Positions 43,108 through 46,877 of a DNA stretch of 46,877 bases are shown piece by piece (the stretch's first letter is position 1; the number at the start of each line of letters is the position of its first letter). This DNA is from a virus (Duplodnaviria; Caudoviricetes), in the IMG/VR virus record IMGVR_UViG_3300031949_000066, positions 1-46,877 of that record; one strand, written 5' to 3'. The notes below the pieces were generated by a model, which saw only the letters and a program-made list of their open reading frames with translations, was not told where the DNA came from and searched no databases. The position numbers and the translations under genes are program-made.

Positions 43108-43109
43108 AG

Positions 43110-43181
43110 GGTATCAGGTGGGAGTCGGACCCACTATCTACGGAGCTTATCGCAACTGCTCTGCCGCTGAGCTACTGATAC
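43110..43181 (-). tRNA. tRNA-like RNA with a degenerate anticodon arm
   Basis: GTATCAG-TA-GCTCAGCGGCAGAGC-A-[22 nt]-GTGGG-TCCGACT-CCCAC-CTGATAC-C. Confidence 0.7.
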
Positions 43182-43298
43182 CGTGCCGGGTGGCACTATG
43201 CTAAACCCTGGGTCGTCCGACCCAAGTAGGAGAAATGCCTATTCGTGTTTGTGTCTACCGCTTCTGCCGCTGGCGTAGCCTTTAAAACAAGGCCCTCC

Positions 43299-43333
43299 CA
43301 TATATAGACTGAAAACTGACATGTTCTTAAGGT
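43299..43333 (-). promoter_or_regulatory. Putative phage-specific late promoter/operator, copy 2
   Basis: ACCTTAA-GAACA-TGTCAGTTTT-CAGT-CTATATATG on the - strand, at the head of the late block. Confidence 0.7.
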
Positions 43334-43670
43334 CCAGGGGGAATAAAATTATATTTATGTAAAGATTGTAAAGTATGTAAATACAGTGGAAATATGTGGC
43401 CCGATGGCCTCTGAAAAGGATGCCCGCCCTCCGAGTTATGAGACTCTAAAGGGTGGCACGGTGGGGGTCCGATAACATAGAATTGTGGACAAACCTTATC
43501 GCTGGACCTACAGGTCTGTAGGTGATTGCATTATCAGCGTGATAATGAGGATTATTAGGCTATCGTGTTAAAATGGGTAACGTTTACGTCGGTTCTCTGG
43601 GACTAATCATATACGACCAGATGGGACAATGTATAGTCAACTTGACAATACCCGATAATTCTTATCGACA

Positions 43671-44106
43671 GTGGCCTATGCACTTTTCGGAAAAACGGCC
43701 ATAGCGGCATAAATACGTGAAGGTTTATGAGACCTTTACAGAACATAGGCCACTTTGGGCCAGAACATAGGCCAGATAAGTATAGTATTTACAGATACTT
43801 GTATCAAAAAATGCCTCTGGCCTATGTTTTTTGGCAAAAAACCAGTCCTTACTTATAGCATTTATTTATACCCCTTATACCTATTATATGTATTAGTGGT
43901 ATCTCTAATATCTTCCTATATACTCTTTAACTCCAGAAAATAGGTAAAACATAGGACAGTAGATATAAAGCCTTATATAATAAAGAGTTAAGTGGCCTAT
44001 GTTCCGTCCCATGTTGGCCTATGTTATTTTAAAACTGCTATAAAGCCTTATTATTACAGTACTTAAGTGGCCTATGTTTGTCCTATGTTCTGTAAAGGTA
44101 CATAGG
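43671..44106. repeat. Iteron-like cluster, about 10 copies of G(G/T)CCTATG(TT) in both orientations; candidate origin or packaging/terminus site
   Basis: Copies near 43671, 43741, 43763, 43818, 43948, 43992, 44016, 44067, 44080 and 44100 in AT-rich non-coding DNA. Confidence 0.75.
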
Positions 44107-44529
44107 TATCAGACATTTCCTATCGACATAAAATAGGGGTTTTTAGGCTATTTGAGATAAAGCGGGCTATAAAGTGTAAAACCATTGTAAAGGTAATAAC
44201 AGAACAAAGTATAGGTCAATTAGGTGTAGTAGTATATAGGTGTATATACATGGAAACAGGGGTATCAGACATTGTGTATCTTCTATAGCCATGCGTAGGA
44301 CGCCCATAGGCTTGCGTTATCGCGCTGGGGGTATTGATAGGATAGGGGTAAATTGACTGTTTTGGGGTTGTGCTGGATTTATCTGGTATGTGAGATATAC
44401 GGGTAAATAAAAAACCTTGCATACTGATATATGCAAGGTCGATGAAAAAAGATGTAAGTTAGAAGGGCATTAAAAACCCCTGCCATAGGAAGCAAGGGTT
44501 TTCGGAGGAAAAAGATGAAAACAGATGTT

Positions 44530-44703
44530 TTAGTACCCCATAGCCATAGCCTGTTTTGCGGCATAGCTGGGGGGCATACCGTCTTCATATAAATCGGCAT
44601 AGCAGATATCGGGTAAATCTTCTGAAGTAAAACCACCTAATTTATCAGCGATAATTTTATCGACCTTTTTCATCCAGTCTTCAAACGATTGTTTTTTAGC
44701 CAT
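44530..44703 (-). CDS. Small acidic phage protein (57 aa), divergent from the early operon
   Basis: AAGGGA RBS; SFEDWMKKVD...DLPDICYADLYEDGMPP.YAA. Confidence 0.75.
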   Translation of the reverse strand: MAKKQSFEDWMKKVDKIIADKLGGFTSEDLPDICYADLYEDGMPPSYAAKQAMAMGY

Positions 44704-44801
44704 TGTTTTTCCCTTTTTCATCGGCATAATCGCCAATTAAATAATACCATAAATCGGGATAAAAGCCAATAGAAAAATAAAATATATTTTATTTGCTTGA
44801 C

Positions 44802-44830
44802 TTGACCGGGTTTTTGTAATATGGTTTAAT
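44802..44830 (+). promoter_or_regulatory. Sigma70-type early promoter
   Basis: TTGACC-17 bp-TTTAAT with extended -10 TG and an A/T-rich UP-like tract. Confidence 0.7.
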
Positions 44831-44926
44831 GGTTAAACAAGGGGATAATCATGAGAAAACTATCGTATCGAGAATGGATAATACTCTGCATAATGGCCTA
44901 TCTGGCCTTGTGTTAAGGGGTTTATT

Positions 44927-45247
44927 ATGATAAGCTGTTTTATAGACCGAGACGGTAAAATCAGGGAATTGACTTGCGGTATGGTTCATGCCGCTATGGC
45001 TAAAAAGTGGTATAAATGCTCTCTTGATACCGCTATTAAGTGCGGTATATGCCGGATACGATGTTTTGAAAGTCTTACACAAAATGTTATTTGCATAGAC
45101 GTAGGAAAACACTTGACGGATAAACAGAAAAAAAGTATAATGAGTATATGGAGTAAATGTAAGACTCTGGTATGGCATATCGCTGGGAAAACTGGGGATT
45201 GCCATAATAACACGACGGAAAAATTGTTTGAATTACTGGGGGTATAA
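44927..45247 (+). CDS. Hypothetical early protein
   Basis: AAGGGGT RBS. Confidence 0.65.
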   Translation: MISCFIDRDGKIRELTCGMVHAAMAKKWYKCSLDTAIKCGICRIRCFESLTQNVICIDVGKHLTDKQKKSIMSIWSKCKTLVWHIAGKTGDCHNNTTEKLFELLGV

Positions 45248-45308
45248 AATGGAATTTACGTATCGTATTCCCTATATGGTTACACGGGAGTTAAGAAAAG
45301 GGGTATAA

Positions 45309-45506
45309 ATGAACCGGATAGAAAAAATCATGGCGTATGAACAAGGCGATTTATCGGACGATGAAACAATCGACTTGTTTTGTGAACTGATTAAGTCAGG
45401 TCTTGCGTATAGCTTGCAAGGGCATTATGGCCGTACGGCGCACGGCCTAATACAAGCGGGATATATAAAACCCGATGGAACTCGAACCGATACAGTATCG
45501 GAGTAA
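45309..45506 (+). CDS. Conserved small phage early protein (DUF7417-like)
   Basis: IMAYEQGDL...LIKSGLAYSLQGHYGRTA..LI.AG. Confidence 0.8.
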   Translation: MNRIEKIMAYEQGDLSDDETIDLFCELIKSGLAYSLQGHYGRTAHGLIQAGYIKPDGTRTDTVSE

Positions 45507-45510
45507 AACG

Positions 45511-45756
45511 ATGATACGTACAAAAACAGCCTATGTTTACAGCGGCAAGGATTTTAGTAGTTTACCCGCGGTTAAAAAACAGGTTGAAGCCGAGTTAGGA
45601 AAGTTTATCGACGGCATAAGCGTAGGCTTTGACGCACGTATGAAATTAGCCGTTTTTAACTGGTTACTCACTAATAGAAACGATTTAACACGCTTGTTAA
45701 ACACGACGTTTGAAACGGAGCAAGGAAACGAATTGAGCATATTTTCAGTGGAGTAA
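45511..45756 (+). CDS. Hypothetical early protein
   Basis: GGAGT RBS before ATG 45511. Confidence 0.65.
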   Translation: MIRTKTAYVYSGKDFSSLPAVKKQVEAELGKFIDGISVGFDARMKLAVFNWLLTNRNDLTRLLNTTFETEQGNELSIFSVE

Positions 45757-45763
45757 AAAGACT

Positions 45764-45970
45764 ATGAAAAATCTAACACAAATTACAGAAACACAAGAAG
45801 AAAACCTCGACCGGGTTTTCCAGCTTAGAGAGTTTAGGGAGCAAGCGGAAAAGGAAGCGGCACAGATTGAGCTTGAGTTTAATTATTGGACCGGGATTGT
45901 TATTAGCGGGTTTGTTGCCGCGCTGATAATAGCCGGGTACATAGTATTTCACGGGGGTAAAAATGTTTAG
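45764..45970 (+). CDS. Small protein with C-terminal transmembrane helix
   Basis: GGAGT RBS; WTGIVISGFVAALIIAGYIVF. Confidence 0.7.
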   Translation: MKNLTQITETQEENLDRVFQLREFREQAEKEAAQIELEFNYWTGIVISGFVAALIIAGYIVFHGGKNV

Positions 45971-46316
45971 TTTACAAACGATAAACGCAATGGCGGACCG
46001 TGCGGCGGTAAAAGCACGACGAAACAAACGCGCCCCGTATGTCGCAAAGTGTGACGGGGACGACGGGGTTTTTAAAATGCCGAATTTTGGCACGTATCGC
46101 AATCCGCGCTGGGAACTCATACAAGAGTTTTTTGTCGATTCCAGCGGGTTCGGTTCGGACTATGAACCCGCGCTCACAGTTAAGCGGTTTTTAAGCAAGG
46201 TCCGCACAGGGCAGGGATATGCGGTAATTGAACAAGGGCAATTTCAGGTAGTAATTGGAGAGTTTAAAAAATCAGCGGTAAAAAATAAAACGAAAAAACC
46301 TGATTTTGCACCGTAA
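45963..46316 (+). CDS. Hypothetical early protein
   Basis: GGGGGT RBS; FFVDSSGFG...EPALT...GQFQV motif. Confidence 0.75.
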   Translation: MFSLQTINAMADRAAVKARRNKRAPYVAKCDGDDGVFKMPNFGTYRNPRWELIQEFFVDSSGFGSDYEPALTVKRFLSKVRTGQGYAVIEQGQFQVVIGEFKKSAVKNKTKKPDFAP

Positions 46317-46321
46317 TGCAC

Positions 46322-46350
46322 TTGACAAGAAAAACGGTTTATGGTAGTAT
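46322..46350 (+). promoter_or_regulatory. Strong sigma70-type promoter
   Basis: TTGACA-17 bp-TAGTAT with extended -10 TG. Confidence 0.85.
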
Positions 46351-46435
46351 ATGAATTGAGCGGGCGGCAAGCGTTTATGGTATCCTATGCAGGATGTAGG
46401 GCCTCTACCGCCCGCATTTTTAAAGGGGAAAAATT

Positions 46436-46877
46436 ATGGACTTACAAAAAATTTTAGAATTGCATAAAAAGTGGTTGCGTGGTGAAGGCGGCGTTCGTGC
46501 GAACTTGACCGATGCGAACTTGACCCGTGCGAACTTGACCTATGCGAACTTGACCGATGCGAACTTGACCGATGCGAACTTGACCTATGCGGACTTGACC
46601 CGTGCGAACTTGACCAATGCGGACTTGACCCGTGCGAACTTGACCCGTGCGGACTTGACCCGTGCGAACTTGACCAATGCGGACTTGACCCGTGCGAACT
46701 TGACCTATGCGAACTTGACCGATGCGAACTTGACCGATGCGAACTTGACCCGTGCGAACTAGACCTATGCGAACTTGACCGATGCGAACTTGACCGATGC
46801 GAACTTGACCTATGCGGACTTGACCCGTGCGAACTTGACCAATGCGGACTTGACCCGTGCGAACTTGACCCGTGCGG
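46436..46877 (+). CDS. Pentapeptide-repeat protein, N-terminal part (in-frame TAG at 46760-46762 in this assembly)
   Basis: MDLQKILELHKKWLRGEGGVRANL, a typical phage pentapeptide N-cap, followed by repeats to the window end. Confidence 0.85.
46499..46877 (+). repeat. 15-bp tandem repeat, about 25 units, continuous with 1-262
   Basis: Read directly from the sequence. Confidence 0.97.

Noticed and set aside
43755-44422. Short ORFs in the iteron region
   Set aside because: Low-complexity AT-rich translations without an RBS; better explained as non-coding DNA
46760-46762. In-frame TAG as evidence of stop-codon reassignment
   Set aside because: Single case in a repeat at the contig end; other genes end normally at TAG (for example 1315, 13957, 18699) and long ORFs are intact in code 11

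Overview
The window looks like an essentially complete ~46.9 kb tailed dsDNA phage genome, probably podovirus-like because no tape measure or sheath gene is seen. It is circularly permuted, with both ends inside one 15-bp tandem array encoding a pentapeptide-repeat protein. There are three blocks. (1) Small early genes on the + strand behind near-consensus sigma70 promoters (44.8 kb, through the join, to 2.56 kb). (2) A + strand replication and nucleotide block (2.6-18.7 kb): HTH regulator, dNTP diphosphohydrolase-like domain, NDT-like protein, metallophosphoesterase, family A polymerase, VRR-NUC, Cas4-like exonuclease, Sak4-like ATPase, GroES, SSB-like protein, Mom-like modifier, primase-helicase and RNA ligase. 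(3) A - strand late block (43.3 to 18.6 kb): lysis-like genes, terminase, portal, scaffold, capsid, adaptor, tail and internal virion proteins. No integrase, CRISPR array or recognisable endolysin was seen. The most notable observations are a T3 SAM-lyase-like domain inside the 1335-aa internal virion protein; two arrays of structured RNAs, including tRNA mimics with aberrant anticodon arms; a 35-bp motif shared by the middle and late operon starts; a nozzle gene apparently split around modules with a shared C-terminal tag; and an endonuclease VII gene flanked by a duplicated host-gene 3' end. All family calls are from motif recognition by eye, not database searches.
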